From NCBI GenBank assembly GCA_035382085.1, contig DAOSZO010000004.1, positions 9,268 through 73,267 of the forward strand: a DNA stretch of 64,000 nucleotides, written 5' to 3'. This document shows positions 19,218 to 28,615 of the stretch, in pieces. The notes beneath the pieces were generated by a model, which saw only the letters and a list, made by a program, of their open reading frames with translations, ran no database searches and was not told where the DNA came from. Position numbers and translations under genes: made by a program. Position 1 is the stretch's first letter; each line of letters opens with the position of its first letter. The DNA is from Smithella sp. GTDB lineage: Bacteria; Desulfobacterota; Syntrophia; Syntrophales; Smithellaceae.

Positions 19218-19406
19218 TCATTGGTTTCTCTCTTTTAAAAGCCAGACCGCCAGTGCCGCCAACGCCACGGCGGCTGCCGCGCTGATCCAGACGGGTATTT
19301 CAATCCCCGCCGCAACGACACGGATGCCCAGAATAAAGCGGCCCGCCTGCGCCGCCGCCATCAGCAGAAGCAGAATCCCAACTACCAAAGACGCCGGACG
19401 TTTCAT
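19218..19406 (-). CDS. Small two-helix membrane protein, hypothetical
   Basis: 62-aa ORF with two hydrophobic spans (LVVGILLLLMAAA, VWISAAAAVALAALAVWLL). Confidence 0.4.
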   Translation of the reverse strand: MKRPASLVVGILLLLMAAAQAGRFILGIRVVAAGIEIPVWISAAAAVALAALAVWLLKERNQ

Positions 19407-19623
19407 AACAAGACTCCTTGAAAAACGGCTTTATTCTATTTTGTCTGATTTCTGTAAATTATGCCTGGCGCATAATATTCGGACATTGTCTGGATTAATG
19501 CTAATGCATTCTTTGGAATAGGGAATGGCTGGCATTGAGACGATAATTCATGCCCCGTTGAAGTGTCTGAACCTTCTCTGCATCACACATTTGCCTGTAA
19601 GAGATGATCTGATCTTTCATCAT

Positions 19624-20760
19624 TTACATGGTCGTCTTGATCTCCAGCCTCTTTCTGTGCCGCTTGAGCGCCAGGGCAATCAGCTTATCCAGCAGTCTGC
19701 CGTAGGAAAGGCCCGTCGCAGCCCAGAGCTTGGGATACATGCTGATGCTGGTGAAGCCGGGAATCGTGTTGATTTCGTTGAGGTAGAATTTGCCGGTTTT
19801 TTTATCGAGGAAGAAATCCACCCTCGCCATGGACGTGCAGCCCAGCGCCCGGTATCCGGCAACGGCGGTTTTTCTGATTTTTTCCGCAAGCATTTCAGGG
19901 ACGTCCGCCGGAATTTTCAAAGCGGCGCCGTCGGGGTCGATGTATTTGGCTTCATAGGAATAAAATTCATGACGGGGAATGATTTCGCCCAAGACGGAGG
20001 CGGCCGGTTTCTCATTGCCCAAAACGGCGCATTCAATCTCGCGGCAGTCGATGGCTTTTTCAATCAAAACTTTCTGGTCGTACTGAAATGCGAAAGCTAT
20101 CGCCTCCGCCAGATTTTCTTTTTTCCTGACTTTCCTTACGCCCACGGATGAACCGGCGCATGCGGGTTTGACAAAAAGCGGCAGGCCGATTTTTTCCAGA
20201 GTTTCCCCGACAAGGGCTTTTTTGTTTTCACGCCAGAGCGTCTTGCCGACGGTTATGGACGGAACCACAGGAATGCCCGCTTCCCTGAGAAGCCGCTTGG
20301 CGACATCCTTGTCCATTCCCACCGCCGATCCGATGACATCCGCGCCCACGTAGGGCACCATCGACAGCTCCAGCAGGCCCTGAAGCGTGCCGTCCTCGCA
20401 GAACGTCCCGTGAATCACGGGGAAAATAACATCCACCGCCAAGGTTTTATTTTTATTTTTGATGTCGTAGAGATAGAGTTTGTTTTTGCGCTCGAAATGG
20501 TTGACCAGCCACAGGCCGTTTTTTTTCAGCGCAAGTTTTCTGCCAAAGTCCTTGTCAGGGACAATGTGTGGTTTTTCCTGCACATACCAGCGGCCGTCGC
20601 GGTCGATGCCGATGGCGATGACCTGATATTTTTTCCGGTCCAGCGCCGAGAAAACGGACGCGGCCGAACAGAGTGAAACATCATGCTCGCCTGAACGCCC
20701 CCCGTACAAAACACCGATTTTCATTTTCGCCGCTTTCGCGGATGCTCTTTTCCGATTCAT
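19624..20760 (-). CDS. ddl: D-alanine--D-alanine ligase
   Basis: [65 protein letters not shown]. The start may instead be ATG 20724 (MKIGVLYGG). Confidence 0.9.
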   Translation of the reverse strand: MNRKRASAKAAKMKIGVLYGGRSGEHDVSLCSAASVFSALDRKKYQVIAIGIDRDGRWYVQEKPHIVPDKDFGRKLALKKNGLWLVNHFERKNKLYLYDIKNKNKTLAVDVIFPVIHGTFCEDGTLQGLLELSMVPYVGADVIGSAVGMDKDVAKRLLREAGIPVVPSITVGKTLWRENKKALVGETLEKIGLPLFVKPACAGSSVGVRKVRKKENLAEAIAFAFQYDQKVLIEKAIDCREIECAVLGNEKPAASVLGEIIPRHEFYSYEAKYIDPDGAALKIPADVPEMLAEKIRKTAVAGYRALGCTSMARVDFFLDKKTGKFYLNEINTIPGFTSISMYPKLWAATGLSYGRLLDKLIALALKRHRKRLEIKTTM

Positions 20761-20957
20761 GGCTGCCCTTTCCGATGCATCTGCCTGTATTTTTTTTGAT
20801 TTCTATACGCTTTGAAAACCTAAATTGTCAATTTAATTTTGGTATTTGTGATTTTACGCCCTTTTTTTGGACACTGCCGCCGGGCAGAAAGACACCCCTT
20901 GACAACCCTCTTTTTCATCCATATATTAGCGCCGGACAAAATATCGGCGGTATTTCT

Positions 20958-21485
20958 ATGCCCCTTTATTTTAACGCGGAACAGATGCCCGCAACAAAAA
21001 AAGCATTCAGCGATGCCGAAGCGCTCGTTTCGCGCCAGTTCAGGATGAACAATGAACAGTTCAAAAAAAATAAATACGAAGTAAAAACGCTGGCTTATTT
21101 AAAGGAACATGAAATTAAGGACGGAACTTTTGCCCATCTTTGCAAATATTCTTTCAGCAAACCCTCCGAGCCGTTTACCGGGCAGGAGGGCGGATTCGAT
21201 TTTTACAGGGTTTGCCTGCAGGACAATGCCATCCTCAACGCCGTGGAAAGGGCAAACCCTTTCATCAAGCTCAGTCCGCTGATGCTCTACATCGCGGTTC
21301 ATGAGCTGATTCACATTTTGCGCTTCAACAGCGGCGAGGCGGATTTTTTCGCCGGCAACGAAGAAAAGGAACAAGAGGAAATCATCGTGCATAACATGAC
21401 CAGAACAGCGCTTCAGCCGGTTAAAAGTTCTGATTTGGACATTGTGCTGGATTGCTTCAGCAGCAATTTTAAAAATATTTTATAA
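20958..21485 (+). CDS. Hypothetical protein with an HExxH metalloprotease-like motif
   Basis: Start moved to ATG 20958 (MPLYFNAEQ...). The upstream part of the track ORF overlaps ddl and is low-quality. Contains the motif AVHELIHILRF. Confidence 0.5.
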   Translation: MPLYFNAEQMPATKKAFSDAEALVSRQFRMNNEQFKKNKYEVKTLAYLKEHEIKDGTFAHLCKYSFSKPSEPFTGQEGGFDFYRVCLQDNAILNAVERANPFIKLSPLMLYIAVHELIHILRFNSGEADFFAGNEEKEQEEIIVHNMTRTALQPVKSSDLDIVLDCFSSNFKNIL

Positions 21486-21498
21486 GGAGGGTTTTTTC

Positions 21499-21777
21499 AT
21501 GCCTATCTACGAATATAAATGCCAGAAATGCGGAAAACAATTTGAAGCTTTTCAGGGAATAACCGACCCGGAGATCAAAACTTGCAAATTCTGCAAAGGC
21601 AAGGTGCAGAAACTGATGTCACTGTCTTCTTTCAGTCTGAAGGGAACAGGTTGGTATGCTACAGATTACAAAGGAAAAACGCCGTCGCCATCCCCCAAAA
21701 AGGGAAAAGCTGAAAAGTGCGAAAGCTGCGCTGAAACCTGCAAGTCCAATACCGCATCCTCCAGCACGGAAGAATAA
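21499..21777 (+). CDS. FmdB-family zinc-ribbon regulatory protein
   Basis: AAGGAGG 8 nt upstream. MPIYEYKCQKCGKQFE...CKFCKG is the CxxC...CxxC signature of the FmdB family. Confidence 0.8.
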   Translation: MPIYEYKCQKCGKQFEAFQGITDPEIKTCKFCKGKVQKLMSLSSFSLKGTGWYATDYKGKTPSPSPKKGKAEKCESCAETCKSNTASSSTEE

Positions 21778-21800
21778 AGTTTCCTAAAATCTACACTTAA

Positions 21801-21829
21801 AAAAGCGCTCATCTCCGGAGCGCTTTTTT
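21801..21829. terminator. Bidirectional Rho-independent terminator between convergent genes
   Basis: GCGCTC (21805-21810) / GAGCGC (21818-21823) stem, flanked by an A-run on the left and a T-run on the right. Confidence 0.65.
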
Positions 21830-21861
21830 CTTGTCCGCGTTGCCACTGTTTTATGACCGGC

Positions 21862-22905
21862 TCATGAAAAATTCTTGAAATACGCCTGCAACTCCCGGCA
21901 CAGCTCCTCCGGAACAACCGGACAGATGATTTCGTTGTGCAGTTTTTCAAAATAATTGATATCGCTGGTCCCCAGCGGATTAATCACAAAACGCGGGGCG
22001 ATTTTCCCCTGCACCCAGAAATAATTATTGTGGGTCAGCGCCGCGTAAAGCGACAGATTGAAACTCATGTAATTATTGACGTACAGGTAACTGAAAACTC
22101 TGGAGAGTCCGTCGAGAAACTCCTTGAAATTGGACTCCGTCAAGTCAAAGAAGGATGTTTTGTCCCGGAATATAAAATTAATTTCGCCGGCCATGTTCTT
22201 GGGAGCGAAACTGGTCATCCAGCAGACGGCGCCGGTGTCGGCGATGAATCTTTTATCGGCTTTTTTCTCCAGCGCAACTAGATTGCTCCACAAATTGTCG
22301 CCGTTGGAGGACGCCGCGTAATTCTGCGCGCTGGTCAAAAGCCGCTGCATAAAACTCGTCGGTTTGTGCCCGACAATCGTCTGCAGGTGGGGATGAATCA
22401 GCCCCCCGCCTGCCGGCGGCATGTAATTCCAGTTGATGGAACAGAATTTATACCCCAGATTCAGTTCCGCGATGCGGTGAAAGTAATCGCGGCAGACGGC
22501 AAACCCGTCGCGCATAAACTCCGGCGTCAATTCATTGAGGGCGACAAGGTGGCGCGAGGAAAAAATCGCCACATTGTTGTTGGGATCATAGGGAAAGGCG
22601 TTGGGGAAAAGCCGGGCTTCCCCCCGCTTGAAATTCCCCTCTTCGCAAAGACTGGACATGAAGCGCGGCGTGGTTTTCTCAAAAAGATCCGGACAAAAGG
22701 GACAGAGCGATTCGGGGGATTTTTCCAGATACTCATCAAGCTCCGGTTTTTGCGCGGGGCGGAACCGGTAGGGCAAGATGCGGCAGGCCACGCCGGTGAT
22801 TTCGTCGTAGCGCCATTCAATGGTGATTTTCTTTTCTCGGTAATTGTCAAAAGGATCCAGATAATAACCGGTGGCGATTTCTTTCTTGAAACCTAAATCT
22901 CTCAT
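21862..22905 (-). CDS. GalT-family (HIT superfamily) nucleotidyltransferase / sugar-nucleotide phosphorylase-like protein
   Basis: Zn-site CPFCP and active-site GGLIHPHLQ (the H-P-H-x-Q motif of galactose-1-phosphate uridylyltransferase-type enzymes). 347 aa. Confidence 0.7.
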   Translation of the reverse strand: MRDLGFKKEIATGYYLDPFDNYREKKITIEWRYDEITGVACRILPYRFRPAQKPELDEYLEKSPESLCPFCPDLFEKTTPRFMSSLCEEGNFKRGEARLFPNAFPYDPNNNVAIFSSRHLVALNELTPEFMRDGFAVCRDYFHRIAELNLGYKFCSINWNYMPPAGGGLIHPHLQTIVGHKPTSFMQRLLTSAQNYAASSNGDNLWSNLVALEKKADKRFIADTGAVCWMTSFAPKNMAGEINFIFRDKTSFFDLTESNFKEFLDGLSRVFSYLYVNNYMSFNLSLYAALTHNNYFWVQGKIAPRFVINPLGTSDINYFEKLHNEIICPVVPEELCRELQAYFKNFS

Positions 22906-22920
22906 GAATTTTCCTTTCTT

Positions 22921-23970
22921 CTATTTTTTCCGCAAAAGAGGCCTGGTTTCCCTTTTCCCCGTCAAGCTGCGGCAAAGAAACGCTTCGACCTTCTGCTGTG
23001 ACAAATCGCCGTTCAGACGTTCTTTCAAAAGGTCCAGAGGAATTTCAACACGCGCGGCGCTTCGGTGTCCTCCCCCCCTGCCCAGAGAACCGAAGGCCCG
23101 CTGGGCGATTGCGCCGCAATCCTGACGGTACCCGTCGCCCCGAAGAACAATAATCAGCCGGTCGCCGACGACTCCGGCCACCACCACATAATACGTGCCG
23201 ATGAGACGCAGGTAAAAATCGGCGATTTGCACGCAGACATCCGCGTTTTCAACGCTTCCGAGAAAACAAACCCGCCGCCCGCGGACACTCTTCATGTGAT
23301 GATAGGCATAATCAAAATACTTCAGGAAACGATCCGGCGTCTGATTGAGCTCTATCCGCCGGATCAGGGGCATGTTGGCGAATTTCGTGTGAAACGTGTA
23401 GGCGCTGATGTCCTCGATGCCAGCGGCGCGGTCGAAGTTGTCCGTATCCGTCTTGATGCCGTAGAGCAACGCCGTGTGCAATTTGCGCGGAATCTTGATC
23501 CGGGCGCACAGAAGATATTCCGTCAGAACCGTCGAGAGAGCGCCGTATTGGGGACGGATATCCTCGATCGGGGCGTGCCAGGTTCCCTCGCGGGGGTGAT
23601 GATCGAAAACAATCTGCGGCCGGATGGCGCTTGATTTTCCGCTGAAAAACGACGGCTGGGCGTCCATCAGCGCGATGTGTCGGTAACGACCGACAGGCGC
23701 CTTGTCCAGCGGAAAAATCGTCAAATTCAATGCCGAAAGAAACTCCGCGTTCTGCTGCCGGTTCACCGGCTCGGTCGCGGCAAAAGCGGTCTGGAGAAAA
23801 CCCTTTTTCTTCAGAAGAATTTCACGCAGCGCCATCGCGGACGCCGCCGCATCCGGATCAGGACTGCCGTAAATCAAAAAAAGCACGGAATCTCCCGGCT
23901 GGACGAGGTCCATCAGTTTTCTGAAATTCTGTTCCGTCTCTTTCTTGATCGCAATCGATTCCAATTTCAT
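22921..23970 (-). CDS. DHH/DHHA1-family phosphoesterase (NrnA-like)
   Basis: DPDAAASA, FDHHP (DHH motif), GIKTDT, and the C-terminal GGGH motif (DHHA1). Confidence 0.75.
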   Translation of the reverse strand: MKLESIAIKKETEQNFRKLMDLVQPGDSVLFLIYGSPDPDAAASAMALREILLKKKGFLQTAFAATEPVNRQQNAEFLSALNLTIFPLDKAPVGRYRHIALMDAQPSFFSGKSSAIRPQIVFDHHPREGTWHAPIEDIRPQYGALSTVLTEYLLCARIKIPRKLHTALLYGIKTDTDNFDRAAGIEDISAYTFHTKFANMPLIRRIELNQTPDRFLKYFDYAYHHMKSVRGRRVCFLGSVENADVCVQIADFYLRLIGTYYVVVAGVVGDRLIIVLRGDGYRQDCGAIAQRAFGSLGRGGGHRSAARVEIPLDLLKERLNGDLSQQKVEAFLCRSLTGKRETRPLLRKK

Positions 23971-24006
23971 TCCGATTCCGGAGGCGTCATCTCAATTGAT
24001 GACTTT

Positions 24007-25059
24007 TCAGTAAACCGAGATTTTCCCTGGATGCTCATCCACCACGTCTCCGATCACCGCCGCCTCGGCAATGCCGGCCTGACGCATTCTGTCCGCGACG
24101 GCTTGCGCCTTGTCGGCGGGCAGGCTGAAAAACAATCCTCCCGCCGTCTGCGGATCGAAAAAGAGATCGAAAAGCCAATCCGGACATGTGGCTTCCCGGA
24201 TTATCTGATGGATGCGGAAATTTTTGTTCCGGTAAAGGCCGCCGGGAATCCAGCCGGTTTCCATCAGTTCACGCACGCCGTCCAAAACGGGAACCGCTGC
24301 GGCTTTGATGTTGATGCCGACGCTGCAGCCGTCTATCATCTCGCAGGCGTGTCCCAGCAAACCAAAGCCGGTGATGTCCGTGCAGGAATGAACATCGCCT
24401 TCTTCCGCCAGGATCTCCGACGCTCGCTTATTGAGGGCGGTCATGCAGGCGATGACCCGCGCGATCTGCCCGGCCGAGGCCTCTTGAGCCTTAATGGCCG
24501 TGCTGATAATGCCGGTCCCGAGCGGCTTGGTCAGGATCAGTTTGTCGCCGGCCCGCGCCCCGCGGTTGTAAAGAACTTTTTCCGGATGAACGACCCCGGT
24601 CACGGCAAGGCCGTACTTGATTTCGTTGTCTTCCACGCTGTGGCCGCCGACGAGCAAAACGCCGGCTTCGCGCATTTTATCCAGTCCGCCGCGCAAAACG
24701 CCCCGCAGAACGGCAACATCCATGGTCTTGATGGGGAAACAGACGATGTTCATCGCCGTCAGCGGTCTGGCGCCCATCGCGTAAATGTCGTTGATGGCGT
24801 TGACGGCGGCAATCTGACCGAAAACAAACGGGTCGTCCACGGTGGGCGTGAAGAAATCAACGGTCTGCACCAGGGCGAGGTCGTCGGAAATTTTATACAC
24901 CCCCGCATCCTCCGCGTGTTCGAATCCGCTTAGAAGATTCGGATCCCGAATCAGCGGCAAATCGCGCATAATCTCCGCCAGGTCGCCCGGACCTATCTTA
25001 CAGGCTCAACCCGAACTCTGTACGGTTTCCGTCAGGCGAATGATTTTTTTCTCTTCCAT
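24007..25059 (-). CDS. selD: Selenide, water dikinase with in-frame UGA selenocysteine (codon 18, nt 25006-25008)
   Basis: The track ORF starts at an internal Met (24969). The same frame continues upstream as MEEKKIIRLTETVQSSG-TGA-ACKIGPGDLAEI. This reproduces the SelD N-terminal loop G-(C/U)-x-C-K (E. coli GAGCGCK). The body has DAGVY, DFFTP, AVNAINDIYAMGA. Confidence 0.85.
24980..25008 (-). promoter_or_regulatory. UGA(Sec) codon plus candidate minimal SECIS hairpin
   Basis: On the mRNA, AGGUC-CGGGC-GACCU (24994-24980) begins 12 nt after the UGA and has a G-rich apical loop. The stem is only 5 bp, so this is weak. Confidence 0.3.
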
Positions 25060-25252
25060 CGTCGCCCCTGATTTTTTTCGCAAAAGCCCCTCCTCACGAA
25101 GCGGAGGTTGTCGCCAGTATAAGGAGAACCTCGGGCGCTGTCAATTAAATCTTGACCTCTCTGAATGCGCAACGCCCGCCTGGCGCTCTTTTGAATTGAT
25201 TTTTCCCGCAAATGAGACTAAAGGAGGGCTAACATCATCAGGACGGACAGTT

Positions 25253-26638
25253 ATGCCCATTTGCTACTACAGCACAAACCGCCATTTAAGCGAGGCCGCC
25301 GGCATTAAGCCTTTTACCGGCAAGGTATCCTTTAAGGAAGCCCTGCTGGCCGGACAGGCGCCGGACGAAGGTCTGTTCATGCCGGAGGTTATCCCTTCGC
25401 TTTCCCTGAAAGACATTCTGGATCTCAAAGGCCGGCCGTACCCGGAGGCGGCATGGCTTGTCGCCTCGGCTTTTCTGGCCGATGAGTTTCCGCCGGAGGT
25501 TCTGCGGCAGGTCGTGACGGATGCCTACAATTATCCGGTGCCGCTGGAAGAAGTCCGGCCAAAACATTTCCTGATGCGTCTGGATCGGGGACCGACGGCG
25601 TCCTTCAAGGATTTTGCCGCGCGCATGATGGCGAGACTGATGAGCCACTGCCGCCCCCGGGGCGAGCGGCTCAACGTCTTGGTCGCCACGTCCGGCGACA
25701 CCGGCAGCGCCGTCGGCGAGGCTTTCAAGGGCGTGGCGGGCATCGACGTCACCATTTTGTATCCCGAAAAAGAAGTCAGCGGCATGCAGAAAAAACAGCT
25801 CGACACCATCGGCGGAAACGTACGGGCGCTGTGCGTCGCCGGCAAATTCGACGACTGCCAGAATCTGGTCAAGCAGGCTTTTTCCGATAGGGATCTGAAT
25901 CCCTACAATCTGACGTCCGCCAACTCCATTAATTTCGGCCGAATTCTTCCGCAGATTGTCTATTATATTTACGCTTACGCCCAACTGGCGGAAAACGCGG
26001 AGGAAGCGGTCTTTTCCGTTCCCTCGGGAAATTTCGGCAACGCCCTAGGCTGTGAATACGCTCGGCGGATGGGCCTTCCCGTAGCCACGCTGGTCATGCC
26101 CACCAATGAAAACGACGAGTTTCCGGTCTATCTGGCGACCGGAAAATATCATAAGGTTTCGCCCTCTCGCGCGTGCATCTCCAACGCGATGAATGTGGGG
26201 CACCCGAGCAATCTCGCGCGTTTTTTTGATTTGTACGGCGGCACGGTGGACCGCCTCGGGCAGGTGCACAAATATCCCGACCTCGACGAAATGCGCAAAC
26301 ATATCTTTTCCGTGAGCATCACCGACGCAAAAACCCGCGAAACCATCCGAAGCGTCTACGAACGCTACGGCGTGATTCTGGAACAGCACGGCGCCGTCGG
26401 ATGGGCGGGGCTCGAAGAATATCTGAAAGGCGCGCCTTCCACCGGATTGGCTATCTGTCTGGAAACCGCACATCCTGCGAAATTTCCCGAAGAGATTCAA
26501 GCCCTGCTGGGCCTCTCTCCCGAGCCGCCGGAGAGCATGAAAAATCTTGAACAAAGAACCGGAAGCGCCTCTCCCATGAGCAGCGACTACGAGGATTTCA
26601 AAAAATATCTGCAGAAGCATTTGAAGATTAAAGAATAA
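25253..26638 (+). CDS. thrC: Threonine synthase
   Basis: Start moved to ATG 25253 (MPICYYSTNRH). PLP-Lys block GPTASFKDFAARMM, and ATSGDTGSAVGEAF. The track's 137-aa N-terminal extension overlaps selD in antisense. Confidence 0.9.
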   Translation: MPICYYSTNRHLSEAAGIKPFTGKVSFKEALLAGQAPDEGLFMPEVIPSLSLKDILDLKGRPYPEAAWLVASAFLADEFPPEVLRQVVTDAYNYPVPLEEVRPKHFLMRLDRGPTASFKDFAARMMARLMSHCRPRGERLNVLVATSGDTGSAVGEAFKGVAGIDVTILYPEKEVSGMQKKQLDTIGGNVRALCVAGKFDDCQNLVKQAFSDRDLNPYNLTSANSINFGRILPQIVYYIYAYAQLAENAEEAVFSVPSGNFGNALGCEYARRMGLPVATLVMPTNENDEFPVYLATGKYHKVSPSRACISNAMNVGHPSNLARFFDLYGGTVDRLGQVHKYPDLDEMRKHIFSVSITDAKTRETIRSVYERYGVILEQHGAVGWAGLEEYLKGAPSTGLAICLETAHPAKFPEEIQALLGLSPEPPESMKNLEQRTGSASPMSSDYEDFKKYLQKHLKIKE

Positions 26639-26733
26639 GCATCCGGGGTCGTCTTTCATCGAAAAATCGCGCTTGGAGAACGGAGAAAATTGTTCGGTTC
26701 AACGCTTTCATTGGATTTGAAGGAGAAAATATC

Positions 26734-26847
26734 GTGAGTCACAAGAAAATCGAACGCAGAAAGGAATTAGACCGCAGAAGAAGACGGCGGAAAAAAAGCT
26801 TGAAGCGCCGCGCCAAAGAACAGAGGGCTTCACAGAAGAAAGCCTAG
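26734..26847 (+). CDS. Candidate 37-aa highly basic small protein
   Basis: GTG start with GAAGGAG 8 nt upstream. VSHKKIERRKELDRRRRRRKKSLKRRAKEQRASQKKA. Below the track's size cutoff. Confidence 0.35.
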   Translation: MSHKKIERRKELDRRRRRRKKSLKRRAKEQRASQKKA

Positions 26848-26877
26848 CGGAGAGCCTGACAGCTTCGAAGCGGCGTA

Positions 26878-27375
26878 TCAAGATTTGAGAATTTTATTCT
26901 CAATCAGATCGGCAAGGCGCCTCACATCGTTGATATCGAAACAGGGCGCGCCGAGAGCCAGATGGGTGTCGGAAGCGACGGCCAGCAGGTTGTCGTTTTC
27001 ACCGCAGAGCAATTCGCGTTTGAGTTCTTCCCGGTAAACCTCGATTTTCGGAAAGGGATTCCCCTTGTAACCCTCGGCGAGAATGATATCCGCGTCCCGG
27101 ACGTACCTCTCCCGAATATCTTCCAGGGCGTAGTCCCGGTCAGCGTCTTCAAGGACGGCCACCTGCGCGGGGGAGGCCACCACCGTGATTCTGGCACCCG
27201 CTTTTTTGTGACGCCAGCTGTCCTTGCCTTCCCTGTCGATGTCAAAGCCGTGCCTGGCGTGCTTGACGGTGGCGACACGGTAGCCCCGCCGCGTCAGTTC
27301 GGCAATCAATTTTTCGATAAGTGTCGTTTTGCCGGCATCGGATTTTCCGACAATGGAGACGATGGGAATGTGCAT
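26878..27375 (-). CDS. mobB: Molybdopterin-guanine dinucleotide biosynthesis adapter protein MobB
   Basis: Start at ATG 27375 with AAAGGAG upstream. P-loop VGKSDAGKTTL, then VATVKHARHGFDIDREGKDSWRH. Confidence 0.85.
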   Translation of the reverse strand: MHIPIVSIVGKSDAGKTTLIEKLIAELTRRGYRVATVKHARHGFDIDREGKDSWRHKKAGARITVVASPAQVAVLEDADRDYALEDIRERYVRDADIILAEGYKGNPFPKIEVYREELKRELLCGENDNLLAVASDTHLALGAPCFDINDVRRLADLIENKILKS

Positions 27376-27394
27376 GGGGTTGGGCTCCTTTCTG

Positions 27395-28186
27395 TCAACG
27401 CATGGCCCGGTTGACGATGTCCTGATCGAAGTAATTGCAGGACATGCCCGCATCCACGACGATGCCCGCGGCGTTGATGCCGCTGGACGCGGGAGAAAGC
27501 AGAAACAGCACCGCATTTGCGACTTCTTCCGTCTTGAGCGCGGCTTTGCGCAGTGTCAGCTGTTCGGCGAACAGGTAATTGTTGACGTAGCCCGGAATGC
27601 CCGCGGAGGCGGAGGTTTTCAGGGGTCCCGAGCAAACTGCGTTGACCCTGATTTTCGAAAATTCCGAGAGGGATTTTGCCAGAAAGGCCACCGTCGCATC
27701 CAGCGCGGCCTTGATGGGGCCCATGTAACCGTAGGCGGTCGCCCGGGTGTTGCTGATGGAAAGGGTGACGATGGAGGCGTCTTCCTCAAGGGAATTCTTC
27801 AGCGCGTTGGCCAGCGCGACCAGCGAAAAACACGAGACGTTGACCGCCTGAAGAAAATCCTCCACCCGGGTTTCATGAAACGGCTTGAGGCCTTCGCTGT
27901 AGTTGGCAAAGGCGATGGAGTGGACGAAGCCGGCCAGGCGGATGTTGTTCTTCTCGAAATAGTCTCCGAGTTCGCGGATGCTTTCCGCTTTTTCCACATC
28001 GCAGATCAGAACAGTCCTGCCCGGGAAAAGCGCCTGCACCCGTTCCCGATGTTCGGCGGACTGCACGGAGAAAAAAACCTGCGAGCCGCTTTCGAAAAGG
28101 CCTCTGGCCACGAAAAACGCCACGCTTTTCTTGTTGGCGACGCCCGTTACCAAAAAATTTTTCCCGTTGATGTTGAGAAAGTCCAT
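27395..28186 (-). CDS. fabI: Enoyl-ACP reductase, FabI-type SDR
   Basis: GKNFLVTGVANKKSVAF, HSIAFAN, YGYMGPIKAALDA (Y-x6-K), RVNAVCSGPLKT. Confidence 0.8.
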   Translation of the reverse strand: MDFLNINGKNFLVTGVANKKSVAFFVARGLFESGSQVFFSVQSAEHRERVQALFPGRTVLICDVEKAESIRELGDYFEKNNIRLAGFVHSIAFANYSEGLKPFHETRVEDFLQAVNVSCFSLVALANALKNSLEEDASIVTLSISNTRATAYGYMGPIKAALDATVAFLAKSLSEFSKIRVNAVCSGPLKTSASAGIPGYVNNYLFAEQLTLRKAALKTEEVANAVLFLLSPASSGINAAGIVVDAGMSCNYFDQDIVNRAMR

Positions 28187-28195
28187 TCTCGGTCC

Positions 28196-28615
28196 TCACT
28201 TTTCCTGCTGAATCAATGCGGCCTGAAAGACAATTTTCAAGATGAGCTTGTCTCCGACATGAATGCTTCCATGCATGTAATAACCATTGGCCAGTTTTTC
28301 ATCGAGCGTAACCGTAATGGTCAGCGTGTCACCGGGGAAGGCAAAGTGTTTGAACTTGGCCTCCTTGATTCTAGTGACGACGCCCAGCCCCTTTTGATTG
28401 TCGGCGCCCATGAGAATCGCCCCGGTTTGAAAACAGGCCTCGCACAGCAAAACACCGGGCATGATCGGATAGCCGGGAAAATGCCCCTGAAAAAAATATT
28501 CATCCTCCCTCAACGTCCTTTGCGCCGTAATCGTATTGTCTTCCCGCCGAATAATTTTGTCCACAAAGAGAAACGGCGGACGCTGGGGAATCGTGTCGAG
28601 AATCTCTTTCATCAA
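28196..28615 (-). CDS. fabZ: 3-hydroxyacyl-ACP dehydratase (FabZ/FabA hot-dog fold)
   Basis: PQRPPFLFVDKI, FFQGHFPGYPIMPGVLLCEA. Confidence 0.8.
   Translation of the reverse strand: MMKEILDTIPQRPPFLFVDKIIRREDNTITAQRTLREDEYFFQGHFPGYPIMPGVLLCEACFQTGAILMGADNQKGLGVVTRIKEAKFKHFAFPGDTLTITVTLDEKLANGYYMHGSIHVGDKLILKIVFQAALIQQEK

Noticed and set aside
23677-24933. 418-aa plus-strand ORF
   Set aside because: It is antisense to selD and the DHH gene, with shadow-type composition.
24842-25252. 137-codon N-terminal extension of thrC in the track ORF
   Set aside because: It overlaps the selD 5' end in antisense and has no ThrC homology. The family N-terminus begins at ATG 25253.
26878-27375. mobB as a functional member of the ole/FAS lipid pathway
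   Set aside because: It is co-directional and only 19 nt downstream of fabI. However, MobB has a well-established role in molybdenum cofactor synthesis, so it is probably a passenger at the operon end.
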